The position numbers and the translations under genes are program-made. Shown piece by piece: positions 17,174 through 27,231 of a stretch of 64,000 bases of DNA; the first letter of the stretch is position 1, and each line of letters starts with the position of its first letter. The notes below the pieces were generated by a model that had not been told where the DNA came from, did no database searches, and worked only from the letters and a program-made list of their open reading frames with translations. The stretch is from a virus (Duplodnaviria; Caudoviricetes): positions 17,664-81,663 of the IMG/VR virus record IMGVR_UViG_3300027782_000065; one strand, 5' to 3'.

Positions 17174-19610
17174 TTGGTTGGATTATTCTATTATTTACCA
17201 GTATAGTTTTCTGATTTGGATCTCCAGTATTTAATCGGGAAGCAATCATATTACCATCTTTACCTACAGTTCTAATTGATGCATTGCCACCATAATTACG
17301 GTAATTTTCTGGTGGTTGTTTATTTTTATAATATTTAAGATCGTTTAAAAGTTTCTTTAAAGTTTCTAAATTATCTTTATTCTTAACATCAACATTAATA
17401 TCCCATAAACCCAAGACATCTAAAGCTCCCAATGGACCTTTTTTCTCAACTTTTAGATTGGTGCCATCAAGAGTTAATGTATAAGGACCCAATTGTAATA
17501 TATCTTTCTTAAGATCTTGCATAGTATGAACAATTTCAGTCAATGGAGGAAGATTTTGTTTTGCTACTTTTGGGGCAGTTTTGTTTGCACCCAGATCTTC
17601 CAAAAATTTAACTGGATTCACTGTTCCTGCATATCCATAAGTTGTAGATTTACCTTTTCTAATTTCATAATGTATTACCCCGGTTGCAGATAATCCCTGT
17701 ACAACTTTATCTCCAGGATTAACCGAATCTCCTTTTTTAACTAAAACTTGTCTTCCTTCGGCAATTCTTTCAGTCACATTAAGTTTTGAATTATAAATGT
17801 CAATATAATTTCCATATCCTTTTGGAGATGGATCAAAATCCTTATAAGTAACTACTCCACCAATTCTACTATAAAAGTAGTCATTTTCACCTATTGGAAA
17901 ATCAACACCAGCGTGTTGTCTTTTTTTACCGTCTTTACCTATTCTTTCGGCACCATATTGTTGACCAGATAAATTTCTTTCTGGAAGTGGGGGAAGTTTT
18001 CTTTGACTTACTTTAGTAATTGCTTTTGGAAGCTTACCTTTGTATTTTTTATAAAAACCTCTTGCATAATTTTGACGCTTTGTAAGACCATCGCTTGCTA
18101 CCTCATATTTTTCATACCAAATTTGAGCTGCCTCTTCAGGAGTTTTTGCATTTTTAATCTCATTATAAGCAGTATTATAACTTCCTTCCAATTCGACCCA
18201 AGTCCATTCCAATTGAGTGTCAATATTTTCTGGATCGTATTTCTTTTTCTTGGCCCATTTTACCAATTGACCCCATCTATCACCATCACCACCATTTCCC
18301 CATTGAAATATTCCAATAAATTTGCCACCATTTCCTCTTTGAGAATGGGCAATCGTTGGATTAAATCCACTTTCTTGTTGAGCATTTCCCATAATTCCCG
18401 AAACAGCGATATCAGATAATTTTTTCCCCTTAAAGAAATTCCAAACTCTGTCGGCACCTTGTCCTTCAAAAACTGTTGCTCCCTCAAGTCCACCACCTCC
18501 ATTACCATCTCCAGTATCATTAGGATTTCCTCTATCAGTAGCATTTCCACTTTTATCATCTTTAAGTTTTGATTTTAACTTATTAACTGCTTTCAATCTT
18601 TCTGTAATATCTTCAAATTTATTAGTATTTTCCTCACTCATCTTAGTGTTTCTTTCCGAATTTTTAGTATTCTTATTAAATGCTCCAAAATAATTGACAG
18701 ATTGAACTGCCTTTCTTCCTTTTGCAGTCCCACCAGGTCTAGCAAATGGTGAGGTTGCAACTGTTGATGTTCTTGTTTCTGGTCGTGCTGAAGTTCCCAC
18801 AGCATTTGATCTGGAACTAGATACAGTGCCACCAGAAGCAAGTTTTTGCTTTGGTCTTTTCTGTTGTTGTATTGATGTAATTTGTTGTTGGGCACCATTC
18901 ATAACTTGAGGATTTTTTAATGCTGTTGCATAATTTGCATATGTTTTTCCAGTTGTGCTCGAATAATATTTTCCTTTACTTTTAGCATATGCTTGTGCCG
19001 CAGTTGCAGATGCTGCTGTCGATGGTTTTGCTGTTGGTTTTGGATTAAAGAATGAAGTCCATTTAGTAATTAAATCTTTAATTTCTTTTTCTGAGTTATT
19101 GTATAAATTACCCAAACCATCAATTTGTTTTTTTATATCTTGAGTGGTTTTAGCAATAGTGGCATAAGTTCCTCCAGCAAATTTGGAAAAATTATTAACT
19201 AAATCAATAAATCCCAGTATTCCCTTTCCAATTGTTTTAATAGTCCATTCAATAGTCTTAAGAATCCAAGGATTATTGCCAAAAAATTTCTGTAGTCCTG
19301 CAATAATTTTGGGAAGATTATTCACCAATAATCCAAAAACAATAATTGTAAGAAATTCCTTTATCTTATCAAGAATACTCATTGGACCAGCAATTAGTCT
19401 TTGTTTGATATTAGATCCTATGGATTTAATTTTCTCTAGAGGACTTTCAATCTTATTTTCCTTTTCATTTTTTTTATTTTCACTTTCTTCTTTGGAGAAG
19501 AAACTTTTTCTATCCGATCTTATTTTCTTAGATTGCTTGCCATAAGAAAACAAAGAACTCTTTATATTAGTAACGTTTAGTTTTAATTTTTTTAATTCTG
19601 TAGTTTTCAT
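17157..19610 (-). CDS. tail/baseplate protein with phage tail lysozyme domain and M23-like peptidase domain
   Basis: AVSGIMGNAQQESGFNP..GIFQW (Phage_lysozyme2-like); HAGVDF..GYGNYIDI..IHYEIR (M23-like). Confidence 0.7.
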   Translation of the reverse strand: MKTTELKKLKLNVTNIKSSLFSYGKQSKKIRSDRKSFFSKEESENKKNEKENKIESPLEKIKSIGSNIKQRLIAGPMSILDKIKEFLTIIVFGLLVNNLPKIIAGLQKFFGNNPWILKTIEWTIKTIGKGILGFIDLVNNFSKFAGGTYATIAKTTQDIKKQIDGLGNLYNNSEKEIKDLITKWTSFFNPKPTAKPSTAASATAAQAYAKSKGKYYSSTTGKTYANYATALKNPQVMNGAQQQITSIQQQKRPKQKLASGGTVSSSRSNAVGTSARPETRTSTVATSPFARPGGTAKGRKAVQSVNYFGAFNKNTKNSERNTKMSEENTNKFEDITERLKAVNKLKSKLKDDKSGNATDRGNPNDTGDGNGGGGLEGATVFEGQGADRVWNFFKGKKLSDIAVSGIMGNAQQESGFNPTIAHSQRGNGGKFIGIFQWGNGGDGDRWGQLVKWAKKKKYDPENIDTQLEWTWVELEGSYNTAYNEIKNAKTPEEAAQIWYEKYEVASDGLTKRQNYARGFYKKYKGKLPKAITKVSQRKLPPLPERNLSGQQYGAERIGKDGKKRQHAGVDFPIGENDYFYSRIGGVVTYKDFDPSPKGYGNYIDIYNSKLNVTERIAEGRQVLVKKGDSVNPGDKVVQGLSATGVIHYEIRKGKSTTYGYAGTVNPVKFLEDLGANKTAPKVAKQNLPPLTEIVHTMQDLKKDILQLGPYTLTLDGTNLKVEKKGPLGALDVLGLWDINVDVKNKDNLETLKKLLNDLKYYKNKQPPENYRNYGGNASIRTVGKDGNMIASRLNTGDPNQKTILVNNRIIQPIVVSA

Positions 19611-19614
19611 ATAA

Positions 19615-21840
19615 TTAACCTATCCCCTTTCCTATTCCCAAACTAGTCATCCAACCACCCATAGCTTCCGCAAACAGTCCATTAATTGGTGATATGTTGG
19701 GCAATGGAGTAGGATCTCCTCCAGATACTGGAACACTTCCTACTTTGTTTTTATTAGTAAGATCAATAGCAGAATTTGTTTCTACCATATTAAACACTTT
19801 TATAGAAGGTCCTGATGGTTTTAGTGATTCTAGGTTTTTTCTATTGGCAGAAAATAGACTACTTAGATTATCTGTAGATGGATTTTTAGTTTTGAACGGC
19901 AATAATCCAATAGGAGATGCTGTTGATTCTGGTGATGCTGATGATGTTGTTGGTTTTGGTTTTGGTGGTGGAAGATTACCAACTTGTTCCCCAATTCTAG
20001 GAGAGTTTGGATTTCCAGGATCTCCTAGTGCTCCAGGTTTGCTGGCATCTGGCATCGCTCTATTATTACCACCACCTCCACTAGTTGGAGTAGGGGCAGC
20101 AGCACCACCACCACTAGTTGCAGGAGCACCACCACCTCCACTAGTTACAGGAGTAGGAGCAGCAGCAGGAGCAGGAGCACCACCACCTCCACTAGTTACA
20201 GGAGTAGGAGCAGCAGCAGGAGCAGGAGCACCACCTCCTCCACCAGAACTACCACCTCCACTAGTTACAGGAGTAGGAGCGGCAGGAGCACCACCACCGC
20301 CACCACCGCCAGGACGTGTTGGTTTGTTCTTCAACATCGTATCATTATATTTTTTACGCAATCTTCTTTCTTCTTCCTTTAAGACCTTATCATAATCTTC
20401 AAGAACTTTAGAAAATCTAGTATTATTTTCTGCCTGAACAGTATTTGTAGATTCTTGTTTCTTTATACCTTCTGCAAATTTAAGCCACTCTCTGCCACCA
20501 TTACTATTAATGTCTTTCAGAAGTGGTCTGAAAAGCATCGCTGCACTAGTTTTGATAACTTCTTCACCCTCATCAAGCATTACTCTTCTACCGCCACGAA
20601 CCATTGCTGGAACGGTATCTGTTCCTGGGCGATCTCCCTTACCAACTGTTCCACCTGTTGAAAAATGTGGAAACATAGAACAAGAAGTGCATTTCTTTTT
20701 GGGTTTTTCAATTGTTCCACCTTCTGCTTTGGCGTCGGCCGACGCAAGAGCAGAAAAAATATTCCATAAGGTACTAAAAGTTGCTGCCGTAATAGCACCT
20801 GCTCCAGTAAGTGCGGTTGTGTCTATATTTCCCATTCCTTGCACAATACCATCTATCCAAGAAGGATTTCCTTGTGATTGGAAGGCAGGTTGAGGTTGGG
20901 GTTGGGGTTTTCGTGTAGGTATTCCAGCTACAGGAGGAAGATTTAGTGGTTTTCCTGCAGGGCCAAGTAAAGGAGGTACAACAGGAACTGGAGGTATAGA
21001 AGCACCTCCAACTAAACCTTTTGCACCTTGTACGAAAATAGCATTTTTAAGTAAATTTTGTGCTAAAGATGTTACATTAGCAGGATCACCAAAACAACTC
21101 AACATTTGATTACAAATGTTAGGAATACCTCCTCCACCACCGGGAGGTTTCTTTTTGAATAGATCAATAAGACCTTTAAGAGCCTTAGCAGCACCAACTA
21201 CCTTGAGTAGAACACTTAAAAGTTTGGCGGTTCCTAATATAATTAAAATTTCTTTCCAATGATCAACTACAAAATCAAAAAATTTCTTTAATTTTTCTCG
21301 GTTTTCTTTCTTTGATAACCAATTAAATGCATTATTGACAATTAAACCAGTAAGTATTATTGAAAAGAAATCTATTAACTTTTGAAATATACTCTTTATT
21401 GGTGCAGTAACTCTATCAAAAATTCTTTCTGCAATATTTTTTTTAGGTTCTTCAATCTTTTTCTCTTTATCCGATACTTTTTTTCTTGATATTCTTTTCT
21501 TATCTTTTTCTAATTGTAATTTTTCTGCTGCAATTCTACTTAAATGATCAAGTGCTAATTGATTTTGAACTTGTACTAAAATTTTATTTGTTGATCCAAG
21601 AAAAGATTCTATGATAGAAAATTTCTTATCAGTATCTCCTTCTTTTTTTAGAATTGGTCCTAAACTTTCTGTGGTAAGACCTTCTTCTATTTTTGGTTTT
21701 ACAAAAGATCTGGCAAAACTAAAATTTGTTTTCTTTAATGCAATCTGTGGTTTAATGGCACCAGTAATTAGTGCAGACTTAATGTTCCTTCTGCCTAACT
21801 TGGGTATTGCTGGTGCCGAATAAACCTGATTAAGATCCAC
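19615..21840 (-). CDS. tape-measure/gp29-like tail protein with Pro/Ala/Gly/Thr-rich segment
   Basis: Coiled-coil helical N-half; GTV..G..PGTDTVPAM...LDEGEEVI motif; position next to gp51/gp26. Confidence 0.55.
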   Translation of the reverse strand: MDLNQVYSAPAIPKLGRRNIKSALITGAIKPQIALKKTNFSFARSFVKPKIEEGLTTESLGPILKKEGDTDKKFSIIESFLGSTNKILVQVQNQLALDHLSRIAAEKLQLEKDKKRISRKKVSDKEKKIEEPKKNIAERIFDRVTAPIKSIFQKLIDFFSIILTGLIVNNAFNWLSKKENREKLKKFFDFVVDHWKEILIILGTAKLLSVLLKVVGAAKALKGLIDLFKKKPPGGGGGIPNICNQMLSCFGDPANVTSLAQNLLKNAIFVQGAKGLVGGASIPPVPVVPPLLGPAGKPLNLPPVAGIPTRKPQPQPQPAFQSQGNPSWIDGIVQGMGNIDTTALTGAGAITAATFSTLWNIFSALASADAKAEGGTIEKPKKKCTSCSMFPHFSTGGTVGKGDRPGTDTVPAMVRGGRRVMLDEGEEVIKTSAAMLFRPLLKDINSNGGREWLKFAEGIKKQESTNTVQAENNTRFSKVLEDYDKVLKEEERRLRKKYNDTMLKNKPTRPGGGGGGGAPAAPTPVTSGGGSSGGGGGAPAPAAAPTPVTSGGGGAPAPAAAPTPVTSGGGGAPATSGGGAAAPTPTSGGGGNNRAMPDASKPGALGDPGNPNSPRIGEQVGNLPPPKPKPTTSSASPESTASPIGLLPFKTKNPSTDNLSSLFSANRKNLESLKPSGPSIKVFNMVETNSAIDLTNKNKVGSVPVSGGDPTPLPNISPINGLFAEAMGGWMTSLGIGKGIG
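20068..20310. repeat. tandem coding repeat (AP)AAAPTPVTSGGGG, about 51-nt units
   Basis: accacctccactagtt(a/g) recurs about 4 times. Confidence 0.8.
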
Positions 21841-22003
21841 TTTGATTCTTTGCGTTTTCTTCTTCTATATGCTGTTGTAAGAGAGATACATAGATATCTC
21901 TTTCCCAAGGAAGCATATTTTCAATATCCCATAATGAATATTTATGATGCTGCATCAAAGCAAAATTAATTTTAAAATATGACTCAAGATTGGTATGAGC
22001 CAT
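21830..22003 (-). CDS. gp51: baseplate hub assembly catalyst gp51 (57 aa, missed by the ORF track)
   Basis: Manual translation MAHTNLESYFKINFALMQHHKYSLWDIENMLPWERDIYVSLLQQHIEEENAKNQSGS; directly after gp26. Confidence 0.9.
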   Translation of the reverse strand: MAHTNLESYFKINFALMQHHKYSLWDIENMLPWERDIYVSLLQQHIEEENAKNQSGS

Positions 22004-22005
22004 TA

Positions 22006-22728
22006 TTAGGTGAAAAAACTTGCTAAGCCCTCCAGTACTACTTCACTTTCAATTTCAGTCTTAGGATTTTTTACTACAATTGTATGAGACAACTTAGGCA
22101 TAGTTGTAAAGAAAGATTCAATTTCTTTAAACTGCTTGGTATTCATTTGCTCAACAAATTCCTTAAGTTCTTTCTTGGTGCAATCCTTAGAAGACCAAGA
22201 TTCTTCGGCATTATAAACCATATCAATACAGGATGTGATCATCATTAAAGATTTATCAACATCAGTTTCTTCTTCACTGAATTCAAAGTTATTTTCAATA
22301 AATTGATCCAAAGAAGGATACTTCATTTTCATTGAAAGAGTATCATCAAGTTTTACAATACTGTTATGATTTGGATCTCTCTGAACTTTAATCGTATCAA
22401 TATCAATTTCCATTGATACTTGAGTTTCTCCATCATCTGGGCAAGTAATATTAACTTCAATAGTTTCCCCAACTGATTTGGCACGAACATTCAGGAACAA
22501 ATATTCAATGTCAAATGTAGAAAGTTCGGAAATCTTCACACCCTTACTAAGAATACATTCTGTCAAGATCTGAACAATTGCATTAGAAATCTGTTTCATA
22601 TCTTCAGATTCCAATGCCATAATCAGAATTTTTTCTTCTTTAACTAGAAATGGGCGATATCTGATCTTTTTTTCATTTGAAGGCAATTCCAACTCATATG
22701 TTGGTGTAGAAATTTTTGGTAAAGGCAT
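22006..22728 (-). CDS. gp26: baseplate hub subunit gp26
   Basis: MPLPKISTPTYELELPS..IRYRPFLVKEEKILIMA..FDIEYLFLNVRAKSVGE. Confidence 0.9.
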   Translation of the reverse strand: MPLPKISTPTYELELPSNEKKIRYRPFLVKEEKILIMALESEDMKQISNAIVQILTECILSKGVKISELSTFDIEYLFLNVRAKSVGETIEVNITCPDDGETQVSMEIDIDTIKVQRDPNHNSIVKLDDTLSMKMKYPSLDQFIENNFEFSEEETDVDKSLMMITSCIDMVYNAEESWSSKDCTKKELKEFVEQMNTKQFKEIESFFTTMPKLSHTIVVKNPKTEIESEVVLEGLASFFT

Positions 22729-22754
22729 AATGACCTATAGAATTCAGGTTTAGT

Positions 22755-22761
22755 TATTTAT
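22755..22761 (-). promoter_or_regulatory. late promoter ATAAATA upstream of gp26
   Basis: Motif 27 nt upstream of the start codon. Confidence 0.6.
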
Positions 22762-23546
22762 TGGGGAAAATCTTTTATTGTAATCGTGGGTTGTTCTGGA
22801 CCAAGTACTGCATCATAAGCTCTTTGTAAATCATCACCCTGAAAAGAACCTGGTGGATTAACAACCGGAGCATATTCTCTTCTTGCAATATAACGATCAT
22901 AGTTCATAGTAACTGTTACTTTTAATACTTCCGATTCACCATAAGATACTGATAGTGAAGAAACAGATTTTGGAAATGCATTTATCAGTTGAAAAGAAAT
23001 ATTAGGAGCATTTGAAGTTTGCCAATCTTTTTCAAACTTTTTAATATAAATTCCACTCTTATTCTTATAAAGATTGGGATAATTAAATCTTCTATAATAA
23101 TTACCAAGTTGCAAAGCATTATCATTATCTATAGCAACTTTTGCTCCACCAGAAATAAAATCCATCCAAGCTTCAAAAAAACCTAAAACCTTATATTCTC
23201 TGTCAATATAAAAAGTAAAATCAATATCCGTATTAATTCTTGTATGGGCAAACTCTTGGGATACTCCCATAAAATTATCTTTTACTTCTGAAGTTGCATA
23301 AGATGATGTCGGAATAGTTGCTTCAGAACATAAAAGACCTAAAGTATTTGAAAAATCATTTTCAAAATTAATTACACCATACCTACTGGCACCTTTTTTT
23401 AAATGTGTTAAAAAATTTTGCTCCGTTGCATCACGACCAATTCCCCACTGTGGAGTAATATAAACCTGATACAAATTGGTCCTTGCCAAGTTAAGAAAAC
23501 TTGGCAAAGTAGTCATATTGACTTGTCCAATTGGTGGAATTGCCAT
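22758..23546 (-). CDS. tail tube family protein (gp54/gp19-like baseplate tail-tube initiator)
   Basis: RTNLYQV..LCSEATIP...FTFYID...FFEAWMDFI...AFPKSVS..VTVTMNY tube-fold pattern. Confidence 0.7.
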   Translation of the reverse strand: MAIPPIGQVNMTTLPSFLNLARTNLYQVYITPQWGIGRDATEQNFLTHLKKGASRYGVINFENDFSNTLGLLCSEATIPTSSYATSEVKDNFMGVSQEFAHTRINTDIDFTFYIDREYKVLGFFEAWMDFISGGAKVAIDNDNALQLGNYYRRFNYPNLYKNKSGIYIKKFEKDWQTSNAPNISFQLINAFPKSVSSLSVSYGESEVLKVTVTMNYDRYIARREYAPVVNPPGSFQGDDLQRAYDAVLGPEQPTITIKDFPQ

Positions 23547-23547
23547 C

Positions 23548-23555
23548 TATAAATA
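23548..23555 (+). promoter_or_regulatory. late promoter TATAAATA for gp4
   Basis: Exact T4 late consensus 31 nt upstream of the gp4 ATG. Confidence 0.7.
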
Positions 23556-23579
23556 TTTCTATAACACTATATTATAAAG

Positions 23580-23586
23580 TATTTAG
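23580..23586 (-). promoter_or_regulatory. late promoter CTAAATA for the leftward tail operon
   Basis: Divergent partner of the gp4 promoter. Confidence 0.55.
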
Positions 23587-24024
23587 ATGTCTTATAAGGG
23601 AAAATATCAACCATCATTTCCCCAAAAGTATAAAGGAAATACCACAAATATTGTGTATAGATCTTTATGGGAAAGAAAATTTATGGTGTATTGTGATACT
23701 AATGAAAATATTTTGGAATGGGGAAGTGAAGAAATTGCACTTCCTTATAGATCCCCAATAGATAATAAGATTCATAGATACTTTCCAGATTTCTATATTA
23801 AAACCAAAGAAAGTAATGGGGAAGTTAAAAAATATTTGATTGAGATTAAACCAAAAAAACAAACAGTAGAACCAATACCACAAAAAAGAAAAACAAAAGG
23901 ATATATCTATGAGGTTTATGAGTATGTCAAGAATCAGGCAAAATGGAAAGCAGCAGAAGAGTTTTGTAAGGATCGTCAGTGGGTGTTTAAAGTTCTCACC
24001 GAACAAGATTTAAATATAAAGTAA
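23587..24024 (+). CDS. gp4: head completion nuclease gp4
   Basis: KYKGN..IVYRSLWERKFM..CD....WGSEEI..PY.SP.D...HRYFPDF..EIKP. Confidence 0.95.
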   Translation: MSYKGKYQPSFPQKYKGNTTNIVYRSLWERKFMVYCDTNENILEWGSEEIALPYRSPIDNKIHRYFPDFYIKTKESNGEVKKYLIEIKPKKQTVEPIPQKRKTKGYIYEVYEYVKNQAKWKAAEEFCKDRQWVFKVLTEQDLNIK

Positions 24025-24563
24025 TGGCACTTACAGGACTTGAAAAACCATTAGAACAATATAATAGGGACGACATTCGTAAGATTGCGGTTCTTTATGG
24101 AATTCCATTAAACAAAATTATTAGTCAAAAACTTACCAAGGCACAGGTAATTGATGCGATTCGCAATAGTCCAAAATATCAGGAGAAACAACAAAGAAGA
24201 CCCACAGATGATAACAGTAATCGTGTTCGCAATATAATTAATAATTTAATTGGAAATGAAGATCCAGATGATTTGATGGTTGAAATAATATCAGTTTTAA
24301 GTGAAAGTGGAAAGGTTCCTAGTGCAGGAAAATATTATGTATTTGTCTATAATCCCAAAACACCAAATATTCAATATGATCAGAATCCCCTAGTAGCAGT
24401 TACTGATGTTTTTTCTTGGGGATTTAGAGGAATTAATTTTCATTGGGGAGAAATTCGCCAATACACTTGGGATGAAGTTGCTAAAGGAATTTATGAAGTT
24501 TATTCTTGGGAAATAAAAGATCTTCAGGCAATACCATTTGGAAAATTTCGTCTAAATAGTTAG
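24024..24563 (+). CDS. conserved T4-like protein, DNA end protector gp2-like
   Basis: YVFVYNPKT...YDQNPLV...GFRGINFHW pattern; position after gp4. Confidence 0.5.
   Translation: MALTGLEKPLEQYNRDDIRKIAVLYGIPLNKIISQKLTKAQVIDAIRNSPKYQEKQQRRPTDDNSNRVRNIINNLIGNEDPDDLMVEIISVLSESGKVPSAGKYYVFVYNPKTPNIQYDQNPLVAVTDVFSWGFRGINFHWGEIRQYTWDEVAKGIYEVYSWEIKDLQAIPFGKFRLNS
24552..24558 (+). promoter_or_regulatory. late promoter CTAAATA for gp48
   Basis: Motif 14 nt upstream of the gp48 ATG. Confidence 0.6.
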
Positions 24564-24572
24564 AAAAGGATA

Positions 24573-25514
24573 ATGACACAGGTATTAAGATATCCTTATG
24601 AAGCTATAACCGATAGTACCGACTATTTGCAGATTACTATTTCGGCATATACACCTCCAGGAACAACTCTTGTTAGAACTAATATCCTAAACAATGCAGA
24701 TGCGGTTAATGTTAGTGAAACTAGACCCATTACGGATAAAAATATACAATCTTTAACTCAAGATGGTGTTATATTATTACCAATGCCGTCCAACATTCAA
24801 GATGGAAATTCAGTAAGTTATGGTGAGAGTAGTGTAGATGCTTTTACGGCAATTGGGGCTGCGAGTGCAGGAAACATGATGAATACCGATTTTACAAACG
24901 CAAAGACTGTCAATAACAAAAAGGTATTTGATATCACTGGAGGATTAAGCAAAATTGCAACTGAAGGTATAGAAGCAATAAAAGATCTTCAAGATGCTGG
25001 TGCTCAAAAAATGATTTTAAAGGCATTAGCTGCAGAGGCTGTTAGTGTTTTTGGGGGAAATATTACTGCTAATCAATTACTTGCAAGAGAAAGTGGACAA
25101 ATATTGAATCCAAATATGGAACTTCTATTCAATGGAGTTACCTTAAGGACATTTAGATTTTCATTTAAGATGACTCCAAGAGATGATAAGGAAAGTGAGC
25201 AAATTAAATATATTATGAGAAGTCTTAAAAGAAATATGGCAGCAAAAAGTGGCGGTGAAGGTAAAAATACTTTTTTAAATGCTCCCAATATTTTTGAACT
25301 TACATATAGAAAAGGTAATAATAATCATCCATTTTTACATAAATTTAAGCCGTGTGCATTGACAGATATGGCAGTTAATTATACTGGCGAAAATGTATAT
25401 GCAACTTATCATGATGGAACTCCAGTTTCAATGACTATGGATTTGACATTTAAAGAATTAGTTCCAATTTATGGCCTTGATTATAAAGATTCAGACACAA
25501 CAGTAGGATACTAA
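24573..25514 (+). CDS. gp48: baseplate tail tube cap gp48
   Basis: LRYP..ILLPMPSNIQD..NPNMELLFNGVTLRTFRFSFKMTPR..C.LTDMAVNYT. Confidence 0.9.
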   Translation: MTQVLRYPYEAITDSTDYLQITISAYTPPGTTLVRTNILNNADAVNVSETRPITDKNIQSLTQDGVILLPMPSNIQDGNSVSYGESSVDAFTAIGAASAGNMMNTDFTNAKTVNNKKVFDITGGLSKIATEGIEAIKDLQDAGAQKMILKALAAEAVSVFGGNITANQLLARESGQILNPNMELLFNGVTLRTFRFSFKMTPRDDKESEQIKYIMRSLKRNMAAKSGGEGKNTFLNAPNIFELTYRKGNNNHPFLHKFKPCALTDMAVNYTGENVYATYHDGTPVSMTMDLTFKELVPIYGLDYKDSDTTVGY

Positions 25515-25515
25515 A

Positions 25516-26244
25516 ATGGGATACTTCAGAGAACTACCAGATTTAGAATATCTCTCACCACTTTCAGAAAGAACTTCTTCTTCTGATTATGTTCTGGCAA
25601 AAAATCTTTTTAGAAGAGTTAAGTTAAGAACAGATTTACAAAATATTTTTACAGTCTTTGACAAATACCAAATTCAAGAAGATAAAAGACCAGATCAAGT
25701 TGCAGAAGAACTTTATGGATCAGCAAATCTTGATTGGGTAGTTTTAATTACTGCAGGTATCACTCATATCAGAGATCAGTGGCCACTATCCAATAAGGAC
25801 ATTTATGATTTTGCATATAATGTTTATGGAAATAATTTAACCAGCACACATCACTACGAAACAAAAGAAGTCAAAGACTCAAGTGGGAAATTAATTTTAC
25901 CTGCTGGTCAAATTGTGGATTATAATTTCAAATCTCCGAGACCAAAAACAAAATTTGATGATAATGGAAATATTATTCCCGAAGAACCAACGAGTTCATA
26001 TGTCAGATATTATGATTCTGCTTCTGGCATATATGTTAGAAAAGATAACATAACCATTTCAGTAACCAATTTGGAATATGAAATTAAAAAGAATGATGAA
26101 AAAAGAGGAATATATGTATTGAAACGTGGATATCTACAACAATTCTTAAATGATACTAGAAATATAATGATATATCCAAAATCTTCCCAATACGTGAATA
26201 CTCGCTTAATTAGAGGCGATAACGTTAGAATCAAGTCCCCATAA
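25516..26244 (+). CDS. gp53: baseplate wedge subunit gp53
   Basis: YFRELPDL..KNLFRR..RPDQVAEELYG..LDWVVLITAGI..WP. Confidence 0.9.
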   Translation: MGYFRELPDLEYLSPLSERTSSSDYVLAKNLFRRVKLRTDLQNIFTVFDKYQIQEDKRPDQVAEELYGSANLDWVVLITAGITHIRDQWPLSNKDIYDFAYNVYGNNLTSTHHYETKEVKDSSGKLILPAGQIVDYNFKSPRPKTKFDDNGNIIPEEPTSSYVRYYDSASGIYVRKDNITISVTNLEYEIKKNDEKRGIYVLKRGYLQQFLNDTRNIMIYPKSSQYVNTRLIRGDNVRIKSP

Positions 26245-26272
26245 AAAAGGGGAGATTTCTCTCCCCGTTCTT
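26243..26272 (-). terminator. intrinsic terminator between convergent gp53 and gp32
   Basis: GGGGAGA-GAAA-TCTCCCC stem followed by a U6 tract on the minus strand. Confidence 0.8.
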
Positions 26273-26273
26273 A

Positions 26274-27188
26274 TCACTCGGCAAGTTTTGCAAAGTAACT
26301 CAGAGTATCATCATCGTCTTCATCATAAGAAGAAGATTTGGTAGAACTCAGATTACTCAGTTCTGTACGAAGATCTTCATCAAGGTCACGAACCGGACCA
26401 CGGGAAGTTGATTCCTCATCGGCAACCTCAGGATCTTGACGACGAGTTCCTTTGTTACCAAGAACATAATCAAGACGCTTCTTCAGTTCATCATAGGACT
26501 TGAACTGATCAGGAGCAACGAGTTCTGCAAGAGAATACTGCTTCTTCCAGATTGCTTCCATTGCATCATCATCGTCCAGAAGAGCACCTTGTGCGGCAAA
26601 CTCACTGGAATCATAGTTACGATACCCAGCAACGTTCTTTGCTTTCAGTTTGAAGTTAGCACCCTGCCAGAAGTCAAACGGATCGATAGGAGTCTCATCC
26701 TCAAACTCAGGTTGCATTGCGGCAGTAATCTTATCAAAGATTTTCTTACCGAACTTATAAAGGAAAACTTTACCTTCGTTATCAGGATTTGCGGGATCCT
26801 TTACGACATAGATGTTGCTTACATAAGTCAGCTTACGCTTTTGCTTACGGGCAATCTCTTTACCAGCATCAGTACCATTGTTCCAGAGTTCAGAGTTCAG
26901 TTCCGACACAGGATCTTTCTGATTCAGTGTAGTCAAACTGTTCTCAATGAACCAACCACCAGGACCTTGGAAGGCGTGTGAGTACAGTTTTACAAACGGC
27001 AGATCTTCGCCGTTAGGAGCAGGAAGAAAGCGAATAACGGCATAACCATTGCCGCTCTTATCACATTCTAGTTTCCAGATGCGATCATCACCAGATGATG
27101 CGCTATTATTCATTTTTTCTACTTCTTTAACCAGTTTCGCAGTCAGCGAACCAAGTTTGGATTGTTTCTTAAGATCAGAAAAAGACAT
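26274..27188 (-). CDS. gp32: single-stranded DNA-binding protein gp32
   Basis: DDRIWK..DKSGNGYAVIRFLPAP..HAFQGPGGWFIENSLTTL..FDFWQGANFKLK; acidic tail. Confidence 0.97.
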   Translation of the reverse strand: MSFSDLKKQSKLGSLTAKLVKEVEKMNNSASSGDDRIWKLECDKSGNGYAVIRFLPAPNGEDLPFVKLYSHAFQGPGGWFIENSLTTLNQKDPVSELNSELWNNGTDAGKEIARKQKRKLTYVSNIYVVKDPANPDNEGKVFLYKFGKKIFDKITAAMQPEFEDETPIDPFDFWQGANFKLKAKNVAGYRNYDSSEFAAQGALLDDDDAMEAIWKKQYSLAELVAPDQFKSYDELKKRLDYVLGNKGTRRQDPEVADEESTSRGPVRDLDEDLRTELSNLSSTKSSSYDEDDDDTLSYFAKLAE

Positions 27189-27231
27189 TTGGATTTTTTG
27201 GGTAAATTGGATTTGTTGGATTTACTTAGAT

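Noticed and set aside
19694-20395. 233-aa plus-strand Pro/Gly-rich ORF
   Set aside because: Antisense shadow of the low-complexity repeat in 19615..21840
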